Below, in pieces: positions 10,179 through 18,943 of a stretch of DNA of 64,000 nt (positions are counted from its first letter, which is position 1; each line of letters begins with the position of its first letter). The stretch comes from Actinomycetes bacterium. GTDB taxonomy: Bacteria; Actinomycetota; UBA4738; HRBIN12. Below the pieces are notes generated by a model, which did not search any database, was not told the origin of the DNA, and saw nothing but the letters and a program-made list of their open reading frames with translations. The position numbers were made by a program, and so were the translations under genes. Where the stretch lies: positions 30,125 through 94,124 of the forward strand of contig JANPEZ010000033.1 in NCBI GenBank assembly GCA_031423155.1. Reading direction: 5' to 3'.

Positions 10179-11288
10179 TCAGCCGTCCAGTCCCCGGGCG
10201 CGCACGGACCGGCCGGCCTCGGCGTCGTAGCGTTCAACAGCCAGATCGACCAGACGACCGATCAGGTCGGGGTAGGACAGGCCGCTCGCCTCCCAGAGCT
10301 TCGGGTACATCGAGATCGATGTGAACCCCGGGATCGTGTTGATCTCGTTCAGCCAGAGTTCGTCCTCGCCCCGTAGGAAGAAGTCGACCCGAGCCATCCC
10401 GGCGCATCCCACCGCTCGGAATGCGGCGACCGACATGCTCTGGATCCGTTCGAGCACATCGGGCTTGACGTCTGCAGGGATGATCGACTCGCTGGAGTCA
10501 TCCAGATACTTCGCCTTGTAGTCGTAGAACTCGGCGTGGGGGATGATCTCGCCCGCCACCGAGGCGACGGGCTCATCATTGCCCAGTACCCCGCACTCGA
10601 TCTCCCGGATGCCGGCCAGACCCTTCTCCAAGACCGACTTGTTGCCGTAGCGGAAGGTCTCGTCCATCGAGGTGTCCAACTCCGAGGCATCGTGCACCTT
10701 GGAGATGCCGACGCTGGAGCCGAGCGTCGCCGGTTTGGCGAAGAGCGGATAGCCGAGGGCCTCGGCCCTGGCGCCGACGTCCTCGGGATCCTCCAGCCAC
10801 TCGGGCTCGCGGACGACCTCGTAAGGGCCGACGGGAAGCCCGGCGGCGGCGAACAGCACCTTCTGGACGGCCTTGTCCATGCCGATGGCCGAGCCGAGGA
10901 CTCCGGCGCCGACGTAGGCGACCCTGGCCAGTTCGAGCATCCCCTGCACCGATCCGTCCTCGCCGAAGGGACCGTGCAGGACCGGGAAGACGACGTCTAT
11001 GGCCTCTCGAGACCCGTCGGCCGCGACCAGCTCCCCGGAACCGGCCCGCGACGCAAGCTCGACCGCCGAGCCGGTTTCGCCCGTGATCTCGGGCATCCGT
11101 CCCGATTCCGACGGGAGCGCCGGCGCCCCCGGCATGACGTGCCAGGCCCCCTCTTTGGTTATCCCGATCGCAACCACGTCGAAGCGCTCCGGATCGAGGG
11201 CGTCCATCACGTATCGCGCGGAGATGCAGGAGATCTCATGCTCGGCTGAACGCCCTCCGAAGAGAACCGCGATACGCGTCTTGCTCAT
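10179..11288 (-). CDS. ddl: D-alanine--D-alanine ligase
   Basis: MSKTRIAVLFGGRSAEHEISCISA...NTIPGFT, the ATP-grasp Ddl signature. The ORF-track N-terminal 145-aa extension is rejected as low-complexity read-back. Confidence 0.9.
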   Translation of the reverse strand: MSKTRIAVLFGGRSAEHEISCISARYVMDALDPERFDVVAIGITKEGAWHVMPGAPALPSESGRMPEITGETGSAVELASRAGSGELVAADGSREAIDVVFPVLHGPFGEDGSVQGMLELARVAYVGAGVLGSAIGMDKAVQKVLFAAAGLPVGPYEVVREPEWLEDPEDVGARAEALGYPLFAKPATLGSSVGISKVHDASELDTSMDETFRYGNKSVLEKGLAGIREIECGVLGNDEPVASVAGEIIPHAEFYDYKAKYLDDSSESIIPADVKPDVLERIQSMSVAAFRAVGCAGMARVDFFLRGEDELWLNEINTIPGFTSISMYPKLWEASGLSYPDLIGRLVDLAVERYDAEAGRSVRARGLDG

Positions 11289-12457
11289 ACCTTGTCCAGC
11301 GCGCGCAGGAAGTCCTCGACGATGTCTTCGGTGTCTTCCAGTCCGACGCTTACCCTGATCAAGCCGTCGCTGACACCGGCGGCGCTGCGCTGCTCGGCAT
11401 CCATCTGGCGATGAGTCGTCGAGGCCGCGTGTCCCACTAGGGTGTGAGCCCCGCCGAGACTCGTTGCGATCCAACCCACTTCGAGGGCATCGCAGAGGGC
11501 CTTCCCGGCCTCGACTCCACCGGCGACATCGAAGGCCAACATCCCTCCGGGCGCTCGCAGGATCCGCTGGGCGACCGAGTGTTGAGGGTGCGAAGCGAGC
11601 CCGGGGTACCAGACCCGCTCGACCTTGGCGTGCTCCTCGAGAACACCGGCGAGCACCGTGGCGCTTCGCGTGTGCTGCTGCATCCGCAGCGAAAGCGTGA
11701 CCAAGCCCCGCATCGAGAGCCACGCCTCCAGGGGAGCCATCGTTCCCCCGTACTCGATCGCAAGATCACGCAGACGGCCGCGCCCGGCCTCGGACGTGCA
11801 GGCCACTCCCCCGATGAGATCGTTGTGGCCTCCGATGTACTTCGTGGCGGAGTGGATCACGTACTCGAACCCGAGGGCCGCCGGATTGCACAGGTACGGG
11901 GAGGCGATCGTGTTGTCGACGGCGGCCGGGACGCCGGCGTCGCGGCACAGCTCGCCGAGCGCCGACAGATCCGGAACCGTCACGTTCGGGTTCGCGATGG
12001 TCTCGACGTAGAAGAGGGCCGCACCCGGCAGAGCGGCCTTCACAGCGTCAAGATCGTGAGGATCGACGAACGTTACTTCCGCGCCGAACCTCGGCAGGAT
12101 CTTGGAGAACAGCGAGAACGCACCTCCGTAGAGTTCGTTGCTTGCCACGAGCCGGTCCCCGGAGGCCACGTGCGCCGTGACCACCGTGTGGATCGCGGCC
12201 ATGCCGGATGCGAAGGCGAAAGCTCCCTCGGTTCCCTCCAGGTCGGCCATCACGTTCTCGAACGCATCCACCGTCGGATTGCCGTAGCCGCGGGTGTAGG
12301 TGTAACCGGGTTTGCGGAAGGCGATGGTTTCGGCGTAGTCCTCTGAGGTATCGAATCGGAAGGTCGAGGTCTGGAACAAAGGAACGCTCGGGGTCTCCTG
12401 CTCGACCGGCGGCGTCTTGGCGCCGTGAACGGCCCGAGTCGAGAACCCATCAGCCAT
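11285..12457 (-). CDS. PLP-dependent Cys/Met-metabolism enzyme (cystathionine gamma-synthase / O-acylhomoserine sulfhydrylase / methionine gamma-lyase family)
   Basis: 390 aa with the SATKYIGGHNDLIGG PLP-lysine region typical of this family. Overlaps ddl by 4 nt. Confidence 0.85.
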   Translation of the reverse strand: MADGFSTRAVHGAKTPPVEQETPSVPLFQTSTFRFDTSEDYAETIAFRKPGYTYTRGYGNPTVDAFENVMADLEGTEGAFAFASGMAAIHTVVTAHVASGDRLVASNELYGGAFSLFSKILPRFGAEVTFVDPHDLDAVKAALPGAALFYVETIANPNVTVPDLSALGELCRDAGVPAAVDNTIASPYLCNPAALGFEYVIHSATKYIGGHNDLIGGVACTSEAGRGRLRDLAIEYGGTMAPLEAWLSMRGLVTLSLRMQQHTRSATVLAGVLEEHAKVERVWYPGLASHPQHSVAQRILRAPGGMLAFDVAGGVEAGKALCDALEVGWIATSLGGAHTLVGHAASTTHRQMDAEQRSAAGVSDGLIRVSVGLEDTEDIVEDFLRALDKV

Positions 12458-12462
12458 GAGCC

Positions 12463-13137
12463 TCAGCCTACTTCAGTCCATCGCTTCGGATATCGGGAGC
12501 GAAGGTCCTTAACCATGCCGGTCAGCGCCGACATGAGTTCGGCCGTCATCTCTCGCAGGGCCTCGCGATCGGCCTTCTCGTCGGCGCGCGCGGAGAAGTC
12601 GATGGCCGGGCCGGCCCTCACCCAGACCGGCCGGCCGAACTTCACCGAGCCTCTGCCGGATTTCTGCCAGACGGCCTGCGATCCCCAACTGGCTATGGGG
12701 GTTATGGGGACACCGGAATCCAGCGACAGGCGGATCACACCGGTCTTTCCCTTCATCGGCATCGAATCGGGGTCATCCGTAACCGTGCCCTCGGGATAGA
12801 TGACGACGACCTCACCGCGTTCGAGCGCCTCGCGGGCCTCGACCAGCGGGGTCTGATCACCGCTCCCGCGCGAAACGGGGATCTGACCTGCGCCTTTCAA
12901 AGCTCTGCCCACGACGGGGACTTCGAACAGATCGTTCTTGGCCAGGAAACGCGCCCGCCGCCCCGCCTCGTGCACGGCGAACACGTTGGCCCACGGATCC
13001 AGGTAGGAGATGTGGTTCGCGGCTATCAGCGCGGGGCCCTGCGCGGGGATCAGATCCAGGTTCTCGAGATGCCAGTTGAACCAGAATCGAACCGGCGGAA
13101 GGCCGACGACGGCGCAAACGCGATACCAAGGCTCCAG
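12463..13137 (-). CDS. plsC: 1-acyl-sn-glycerol-3-phosphate acyltransferase
   Basis: ALIAANHISYLDPW (HX4D box) ... VIYPEGT. The start is uncertain: the ORF-track start at 13278 would overlap bioY by 137 nt. Confidence 0.7.
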   Translation of the reverse strand: MEPWYRVCAVVGLPPVRFWFNWHLENLDLIPAQGPALIAANHISYLDPWANVFAVHEAGRRARFLAKNDLFEVPVVGRALKGAGQIPVSRGSGDQTPLVEAREALERGEVVVIYPEGTVTDDPDSMPMKGKTGVIRLSLDSGVPITPIASWGSQAVWQKSGRGSVKFGRPVWVRAGPAIDFSARADEKADREALREMTAELMSALTGMVKDLRSRYPKRWTEVG

Positions 13138-13141
13138 TTGG

Positions 13142-13759
13142 CTATCCCTCCTCCGGCTTGAACCTTTCGAGCAGCTTCCACGCCGCGGGCAGCAGTCCGG
13201 CGGCAAGGAGCATCTTGATGGTGTCTCCGATGACGAACGGGTACAGACCGTACTCCAGACCCGTTTCCAAGGGGACATCCAGGGATGCCATCAGCCAAGG
13301 CACGCCGATCGCATAGATCACGATGGATCCGAGGAGCATCGCTCCGATGGAGCTTCTGAGGTCGCGGTCCCAGCCCCGGCGCGAGAGCCAGCCGACCAGG
13401 GCCGAGGAGACGACGAAGGCCCACAGGTACCCGCCCGTCACGGAGGCCAGCTCCAAGACCGCTATCCCGGTGTCGTGAGAACCATCGGCGTTAGGGGCGA
13501 AGACCGCGAGACCGGCCACGCCCCATAGGAGATAAAGGGCCAGGGTCGCCGATCCGAGGGCCGGGCCATAGGCCGCACCGACCAGCAAGACGCCAAGCGT
13601 CTGTCCGGTGATCGGCACCGGCGTGAACGGCAGCGAGATCGACACCTGCGCGAGGCCTGCGATGAGTGCGCTGCCCGCGAACGCGCAAACCACCTGGAAC
13701 GCGGCGCGTGAGCTCGCCCGCGAACGCGGTGGAGCGAACGTGAGTGCTAGGGATGACAA
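13142..13759 (-). CDS. bioY: biotin transporter BioY
   Basis: 205 aa, hydrophobic, BioY-type sequence (VPITGQTLGVLLVG..., GxxxYLxG). Confidence 0.8.
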   Translation of the reverse strand: MSSLALTFAPPRSRASSRAAFQVVCAFAGSALIAGLAQVSISLPFTPVPITGQTLGVLLVGAAYGPALGSATLALYLLWGVAGLAVFAPNADGSHDTGIAVLELASVTGGYLWAFVVSSALVGWLSRRGWDRDLRSSIGAMLLGSIVIYAIGVPWLMASLDVPLETGLEYGLYPFVIGDTIKMLLAAGLLPAAWKLLERFKPEEG

Positions 13760-13881
13760 ACGGATCGACCTCCTCAGGTCTGCTGGACGGATACCGGACC
13801 TGCGAGCATGCGGGAGCCTATCGCAGGGAAGGCCCGGTCTCTCGGTTCGGTTCGGCTAAACCTTCCGATAGTCTTGCCGGC

Positions 13882-14526
13882 GTGCGGATCCTCGCCGTCC
13901 CCGTTAAGTCACTCTCAGAGGCCAAGACCCGCCTCTCGCCCGCGCTTTCTGAGTTGGAACGCGCGGCCCTGACGCTGGCCATGCTCGAAGACGTCCTCGA
14001 CGCGACGACCGCTCTGAGCGGCTGGGAATCCTGGGTCATCTCCCCCGACGAGGCGGTCCTGGAGATCGCTGCCCGACGTGGAGCCCGTCCGATCCCGGAG
14101 GAGAAGCCGCCCCTGTCCAGCGCCGCCCGCCAGCTCACCGAGGAGGCGACCGCGGCGGGTGCGGAAGCTCTGGCGATCCTGCTTGCCGACACGCCGTTGG
14201 TCACATCAAAAGCGCTGACGCAAGCCCTGCACACCCTCGGGCGGGTGGTCCTGGCACCGAGCGAGGACGAGACCGGAACGAACCTGCTCGTCAGGCGCCC
14301 TCCGGGAACCATCCACGCCAAGTTCGGGCCGGAGTCTTTCCGCAGACACATGGAGACGGCCGAGTCCAGCGGCGTTCCGGCGGCGGTCGTTCAGATACCC
14401 GAGCTGGCCTTCGACCTGGACGTTCCGGGCGATATCCTCAAGCTGCTCCATTCGCGCCGGCAGGGGCGTACCCGCGAGGTCTGCCTGGATATGGACCTCG
14501 GATCGCGCATACAGATAAGGACCTAG
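13882..14526 (+). CDS. cofC: 2-phospho-L-lactate guanylyltransferase (F420 biosynthesis)
   Basis: VRILAVPVKSLSEAKTRLSP...LLADTPLVT...GTNLLVRRPPG...AKFGPESFRRH, the CofC/FbiD family. GTG start chosen to clear the divergent bioY start; the ORF track begins at 13744. Confidence 0.7.
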   Translation: MRILAVPVKSLSEAKTRLSPALSELERAALTLAMLEDVLDATTALSGWESWVISPDEAVLEIAARRGARPIPEEKPPLSSAARQLTEEATAAGAEALAILLADTPLVTSKALTQALHTLGRVVLAPSEDETGTNLLVRRPPGTIHAKFGPESFRRHMETAESSGVPAAVVQIPELAFDLDVPGDILKLLHSRRQGRTREVCLDMDLGSRIQIRT

Positions 14527-14538
14527 GAGGAACTCGAG

Positions 14539-14745
14539 ATGGCTCAGGGAACGATCAAGGACTTCGACGATGAGACCCGTAGCGGGAGCCTGCTTATGGA
14601 GGATCGCGCGGAAGTCAAGATCGACCCGACCTCCCTGGAGGGAGCCGAGATCAGAACACTGCGGCTCGGTCAGCGAGTGAAGTTCGATCTGGTCGAAGAA
14701 GCGGGAGCCAAGGTCGCAAGGACCCTTCGGCTCGTCACGTTCTAG
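14539..14745 (+). CDS. small cold-shock-domain-like protein lacking canonical RNP motifs
   Basis: 68 aa, MAQGTIKDFDDETRSGSLL...GQRVKFDLVEEAGAKVA, with a CspA-like layout. Strong SD (TAGGAGGAACTCGAGATG). Confidence 0.55.
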   Translation: MAQGTIKDFDDETRSGSLLMEDRAEVKIDPTSLEGAEIRTLRLGQRVKFDLVEEAGAKVARTLRLVTF

Positions 14746-14752
14746 CGAGGCT

Positions 14753-15046
14753 TCAGCGGCGGCGCTTCTTCGTCTGAACCTGCTCGCGGAACTCCTTGCC
14801 CGGGCTGAACGAGGGCACATCGCGGGCCGGAACCACTATCGGCGTCTCGGGCTTGCGCGGGTTGCGAGCGATCCTCTTGTTGCGACGTTTGCGTTCGAAG
14901 GTCCCGAAGTCCGCGAGGGTCACGCGGTCGCCCTTCGTGACGGAGTTCTGGATCGAGTCGATGGCCGCATCGACCACCCGCCCTACATCGGCTTTGGAAA
15001 GACCAGTCTTCTTCGCCACATCCGCGACGAGGCCGCTCTTGTTCAC
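14753..15046 (-). CDS. hup: nucleoid-associated protein HU with Arg/Lys-rich C-terminal tail
   Basis: GTG start giving VNKSGLVADVAKKTGLSKADVGRVVDAAIDSI...DFGTFERKRR, then KPETPIVVPARDVPSFSPGKEFREQVQTKKRRR, an actinobacterial-type extension. Confidence 0.85.
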   Translation of the reverse strand: MNKSGLVADVAKKTGLSKADVGRVVDAAIDSIQNSVTKGDRVTLADFGTFERKRRNKRIARNPRKPETPIVVPARDVPSFSPGKEFREQVQTKKRRR

Positions 15047-15197
15047 AGCGAACTCCCTTCCCCTGCTCCTTAAGACCGTTGCACCGTATCGGTAATCGGC
15101 CCATGCGGTCAATCCGCGAACCCAGGCCGTGTCGGGAGCATACGGGCGCAGGCGTCCCGGTGGGAAAGAGGCGACCTGTTAGCATCGAAACCGCTCT

Positions 15198-15271
15198 TGG
15201 GGCGTGGTGTAACGGCAGCACGACAGGTTCTGGCCCTGTTAGTCGAGGTTCGAATCCTTGCGCCCCAGCCA
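15198..15271 (+). tRNA. tRNA-Gln (anticodon CUG)
   Basis: Acceptor stem TGGGGCG/CGCCCCA, anticodon loop TTCTGGC, T-loop GGTTCGAATCC, encoded CCA. Placement was checked against ORF 15079..15279, which spans it. Confidence 0.9.
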
Positions 15272-15340
15272 GCACCTGATCGGCGCGAAGGCGTGTTGCG
15301 CGAAATCGGCGAAGGTGTTGGAACCGCTCCCGCCAACCCC

Positions 15341-15709
15341 TTACCCATGCGACTCTTTGGATGAACCCCTTCTCGCCAGCCACACAACGAGCGAAACCAC
15401 CGGCACCACGCCGAACATCGCGATGTAGATCGGGCTTTCATCCGGATACAGGAACACGGCAACGACATGAAATGCCAAGAGTGGGAGTGTTCCGAGAAGG
15501 ACAAGAAGCGCTGCATGCTGGTGCCTGAGGATGCGGTAGGCACCGACAGCGAGGGCGGCTACTCCGCACAATGTCAAGGCTGCCTGCAGTAGGTCGTTCC
15601 CGATCGCCTGGACTGCGAACTGCAGATAGAAGAGTGCGCCCACCACGAGGCCGATGCAGCCAGTGACGCGCGCCACGGTTGGCCCGGCGGAGACACCCAC
15701 TTTATCCAT
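15341..15709 (-). CDS. small 4-TM membrane protein, paralog A
   Basis: 122 aa. Aligns along its length with the protein at 15991..16323 (FYLQFAVQAIGNDLLQAAL... versus LYLNFAVTAISQSLTQAIL..., both ending ...DE(E)SPI(F/Y)...FGV(A/V)PV). Confidence 0.5.
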   Translation of the reverse strand: MDKVGVSAGPTVARVTGCIGLVVGALFYLQFAVQAIGNDLLQAALTLCGVAALAVGAYRILRHQHAALLVLLGTLPLLAFHVVAVFLYPDESPIYIAMFGVVPVVSLVVWLARRGSSKESHG

Positions 15710-15990
15710 GCTGTAAGTGTCTCAGGCCAAGGTCGGGAGTAGGAGCCGGGCGTATCTCTCCCATGCGATGTCGTGCGAATCGGCCACCCTAAGCCCTCGA
15801 ACAGGCCTCAGACGCACAGTTCTGCAACCTGTTTCAGCAGGTCGGAGGCGGTTCGAACTTTGTCTAACCAAGCCAGCAGATCCCAGGGTTACCACACGCC
15901 CGCCCTAGCTCGGCGCTCGTTGCTGCGCGGGACCGGGAGTGCGAAGATGCGCCGCGTGGAATCGGGAGCTTCAGGTAGCAGCGAGATCTG

Positions 15991-16323
15991 ATGCGCAGAC
16001 TCGGTGCGGTAGGTCTGGCTGTTGCTGCTCCCCTCTACCTCAACTTCGCGGTTACGGCGATCTCTCAGTCCCTCACGCAAGCGATCCTCGTCTTCTGTGG
16101 AACATTGGGCCTGGCGGCTGGGTCGGTCCGCAGGTTCAGGGGGCAGGGGGCGGCCATGGTCGTGCTCGCCGGCACCTTACCGGTGTTCGTCCTGCAGGTC
16201 GCCGCCATCTTCATCTTCGATGAGGAGAGTCCCATCTTCGTCGTCATCTTCGGAGTCGCGCCGGTCGCGACCGCACTCGTGAGGGTCGCGCGTCGCAAGG
16301 TACCGCAGGGAGCTCCTGCGTAG
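15991..16323 (+). CDS. small 4-TM membrane protein, paralog B
   Basis: 110 aa, homologous to 15341..15709. Lies 25 nt upstream of the TMEM175-like channel gene. Confidence 0.5.
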   Translation: MRRLGAVGLAVAAPLYLNFAVTAISQSLTQAILVFCGTLGLAAGSVRRFRGQGAAMVVLAGTLPVFVLQVAAIFIFDEESPIFVVIFGVAPVATALVRVARRKVPQGAPA

Positions 16324-16347
16324 AACTCCCGTCGACAACGATCTCCG

Positions 16348-17022
16348 GTGGAGGTACGGACGATGACGAAACTGCGCCGCGGGGAACCGACCGAGACGGG
16401 TAGGTCGGAGGGTTTCAGCGATGGCGTGTTCGCGGTAGCTATCACCCTCTTGGCCCTAGACCTGGTTCGCATCCGCGCTACACCCGGAGTGGGTAACGGC
16501 AAGCTCTTCGCCGCGATCGCGCGGTTCTGGCCGACCTTGCTAGCGTTCGCAGCATCGTTCGCATTCATCGGAGTCGCATGGCTCAACCATCACAACGTCT
16601 TCTCTCGGGTCAAGCACCTGTCTCGGGGCACGAACGCCGCCAACCTCCTGCTTCTAGCCAGTGTCGCCCTCGTCCCGTGGGTCACCTCAACCCTCGCTGA
16701 GGCGATGTCCCTTCCAGGCAAGCACGGCAAACAGGAAGTGCTCCTGTACGCCGCGGTCCTCATCTTCGATGCGATCACCTGGTTCATACTTCTGAACCTG
16801 TTGTCGCGACACCCCGAGCTGCTCGAGGACCCCGCATACGCACGCGGGTTCGCGGCGGACCGCTTCTCCGCCCTGATCGGCGTCGGCGCGGGTGTGGTCG
16901 GCGGGGTCATCGGCCTTTACTGGTCGCCCATCGCGGCGACGGTCCTGTTCTTCGCGATGCCCATCTTCTTCGCTGTCGTTTCCGAAGGATTCGAGCACGC
17001 GAGTGAGGAAGCGGACTCCTAA
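16348..17022 (+). CDS. TMEM175/DUF1211-family putative K+ channel
   Basis: RSEGFSDGVFAVAITLLALDL, the family hallmark, plus 6 TM helices. 224 aa. Confidence 0.75.
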   Translation: MEVRTMTKLRRGEPTETGRSEGFSDGVFAVAITLLALDLVRIRATPGVGNGKLFAAIARFWPTLLAFAASFAFIGVAWLNHHNVFSRVKHLSRGTNAANLLLLASVALVPWVTSTLAEAMSLPGKHGKQEVLLYAAVLIFDAITWFILLNLLSRHPELLEDPAYARGFAADRFSALIGVGAGVVGGVIGLYWSPIAATVLFFAMPIFFAVVSEGFEHASEEADS

Positions 17023-17032
17023 GGGTCCGAAC

Positions 17033-17611
17033 ATGGACCGTCGGAAACGCTCCTTCGATCGGGCTTATCGCCGAGGCGTGACGCCCTGGGACACGGGTGT
17101 CACTCCCCCGGAGGTCGTGGCGTTCATCGCAGCCTGTGCGACTCCCGGGCGGGCCCTGGATCTAGGGTGCGGTACGGGAACCAACGCGCTGTACCTTGCC
17201 CGACTTGGATGGCAGGTCGTCGGCATCGACCTCTCCGAACTCGCGATCGAGGCCGCGCGAGCGAAACTGGCCGCGACATCGCTCACCGAAGTGACTTTCC
17301 TGCGAGGCGACGTGACGGACCTGGCAGCCCTGGGGGTGGAGGGGCCTTTCGACTTCGTGCTGGACATCGGCTGCTACCACGGTATCCCTGTAGGCAGGCG
17401 CAAGGCCTATGTTCGCGGAGTGGCAGAGCGAACGCGGCCCGAGGCGACCCTCCTGTTGTTCGCTTTCAAGCGTTCTCACCGTGGGCTGATCCACCGGCCG
17501 ACGGTCGAGGACGAAGTCCGCAGGCGGTTCGCTGACTCGTTCAACGTGGTGCACGTCGAACCCGGCACGCGGCCGCCGGGCGCGGCCTGGTTCACCCTTC
17601 GTCGCCGCTGA
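17033..17611 (+). CDS. class I SAM-dependent methyltransferase
   Basis: LDLGCGTGTNALYLA motif I and a TehB/TPMT-like fold. Internal Met of ORF 16892..17611. Confidence 0.75.
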   Translation: MDRRKRSFDRAYRRGVTPWDTGVTPPEVVAFIAACATPGRALDLGCGTGTNALYLARLGWQVVGIDLSELAIEAARAKLAATSLTEVTFLRGDVTDLAALGVEGPFDFVLDIGCYHGIPVGRRKAYVRGVAERTRPEATLLLFAFKRSHRGLIHRPTVEDEVRRRFADSFNVVHVEPGTRPPGAAWFTLRRR

Positions 17612-17624
17612 GGGTCCGTTGGCA

Positions 17625-18539
17625 CTACATCGACCCGACACCCAGGTGTTGGGCCAGCTTGTCCAGGGTCTCGTTGCCACGCTCGATCGCGTTGACCTTC
17701 TCGATCGTTTCGTCTCGCTCGCTCGCCGTTTCGAATACCACACGCAGCGTTAGAGCCGTCATCCCCATGAAGTCGTCGAACGTGACGGTGGAGATGAACC
17801 GCGGGTCGGCGTGGGTCATGACCAGACGCTCGGAGGGGACGACCTCGTCGTAGACGTAGTCGTTCGGGTAGTCCGTACCGTCGGGGCCGTGGAAGATGAA
17901 CCTGAGCGCCCCGCCGACTCGGACGTCCATCTCCTGCATGGTCAACGTGAACCCCTTGGGGCCGTACCACTCGGGGAGCTGCTCGGGATCCGTCCAGGCC
18001 GCGTAGACCACCTCTCGCGAAGCCTGGAACAACCGCGAGATCACCATCTGGCGGTCTAGCGCGCCGGTCAGCACGTCGTCCAGACACTGAAGGCTCTGGG
18101 TCCATCCGGCCCGCATGCCTCCGAGCATCGGAGCTGCTTCGGGAACGAGGGCGACCGCCTGAGCTTTCACATGAAGCTCGGTCTTGCCGTCCACGTCTCG
18201 AAAGGTGATCGTGTTCGTGGCTTCTATCAGGACGTTGCCGGCCTGATCCAGTGCTTTCGACTCGACGACGAGCCGCTCGGGGGCGACCACCTCGATGTAG
18301 GTTCCGGTCATCTTGTAGTCCGTTCCGTCCGGATCACGCATGACGACCGTCATCGTTCCCCCCGGACGAGGGTCGGACTCGCAGACCGGCGCAGTGAAGC
18401 CCTCCGGTCCCCACCACTTAGCCAGCTGATCGGCCTCAGTGCAGGCTCGGAAGACCATCTCGCGAGGAGCGGCGAATATCCTCGTTATCTCGAGCTCTGC
18501 GCTGGCGGTTTCCATGGCAGTGTCGGATGTCTCACTCAT
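17625..18539 (-). CDS. tandem SRPBCC (Aha1/BPI-type START-like) domain protein
   Basis: Two repeated about 140-aa domains, each with an ...WWGPEGF / ...EWYGPKGF motif. Confidence 0.7.
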   Translation of the reverse strand: MSETSDTAMETASAELEITRIFAAPREMVFRACTEADQLAKWWGPEGFTAPVCESDPRPGGTMTVVMRDPDGTDYKMTGTYIEVVAPERLVVESKALDQAGNVLIEATNTITFRDVDGKTELHVKAQAVALVPEAAPMLGGMRAGWTQSLQCLDDVLTGALDRQMVISRLFQASREVVYAAWTDPEQLPEWYGPKGFTLTMQEMDVRVGGALRFIFHGPDGTDYPNDYVYDEVVPSERLVMTHADPRFISTVTFDDFMGMTALTLRVVFETASERDETIEKVNAIERGNETLDKLAQHLGVGSM

Positions 18540-18876
18540 CGTTCTTCCCCTTCCCTTGAAGTTCCTTCAGGTAGTCGTCGAGGCGGTCCAGACGCCCCTC
18601 CCAGAGTTGCCGGTACGCCTCGAGCCAGGCTGCAGCATCTTCGAGTGGCGCCGGTTCAAGGTTGCACGGCCGGCGTTGCGCCTCGCGTCCCTGCGAGATA
18701 AGCCCGGCCTTGATGAGGACCTTCAGGTGCTTGGTGATGGCCGGCTTGGTCATATCGAAGGGCTCTGACAGTTCACCAACGGTCGCCTTGCCGGCTGCCA
18801 GCCGTGCCAATATCGCGCGTCGCGTCGGGTCGGCCAAAGCCGAGAAGGTCCTGTCGAGCTGATCCGTCGCCGTCAT
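18532..18876 (-). CDS. ArsR/SmtB-family transcriptional regulator
   Basis: ALADPTRRAILARLAAGKATVGELSEPFDMTKPAITKHLKVLIKAGLI, a winged HTH. Start overlaps the SRPBCC gene. Confidence 0.85.
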   Translation of the reverse strand: MTATDQLDRTFSALADPTRRAILARLAAGKATVGELSEPFDMTKPAITKHLKVLIKAGLISQGREAQRRPCNLEPAPLEDAAAWLEAYRQLWEGRLDRLDDYLKELQGKGKNDE

Positions 18877-18943
18877 AGTTCACCGCCTTGTTATCTAACT
18901 GCTCGGTAAACTACATACTCGACCAGCCTTCGTCAAGCTCGAT

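Noticed and set aside
15079-15279. ORF 15079..15279 (+) spanning tRNA-Gln, and likewise ORF 30286..30567 (+) spanning tRNA-Glu
   Set aside because: Both read straight through well-formed tRNA genes. They are spurious.
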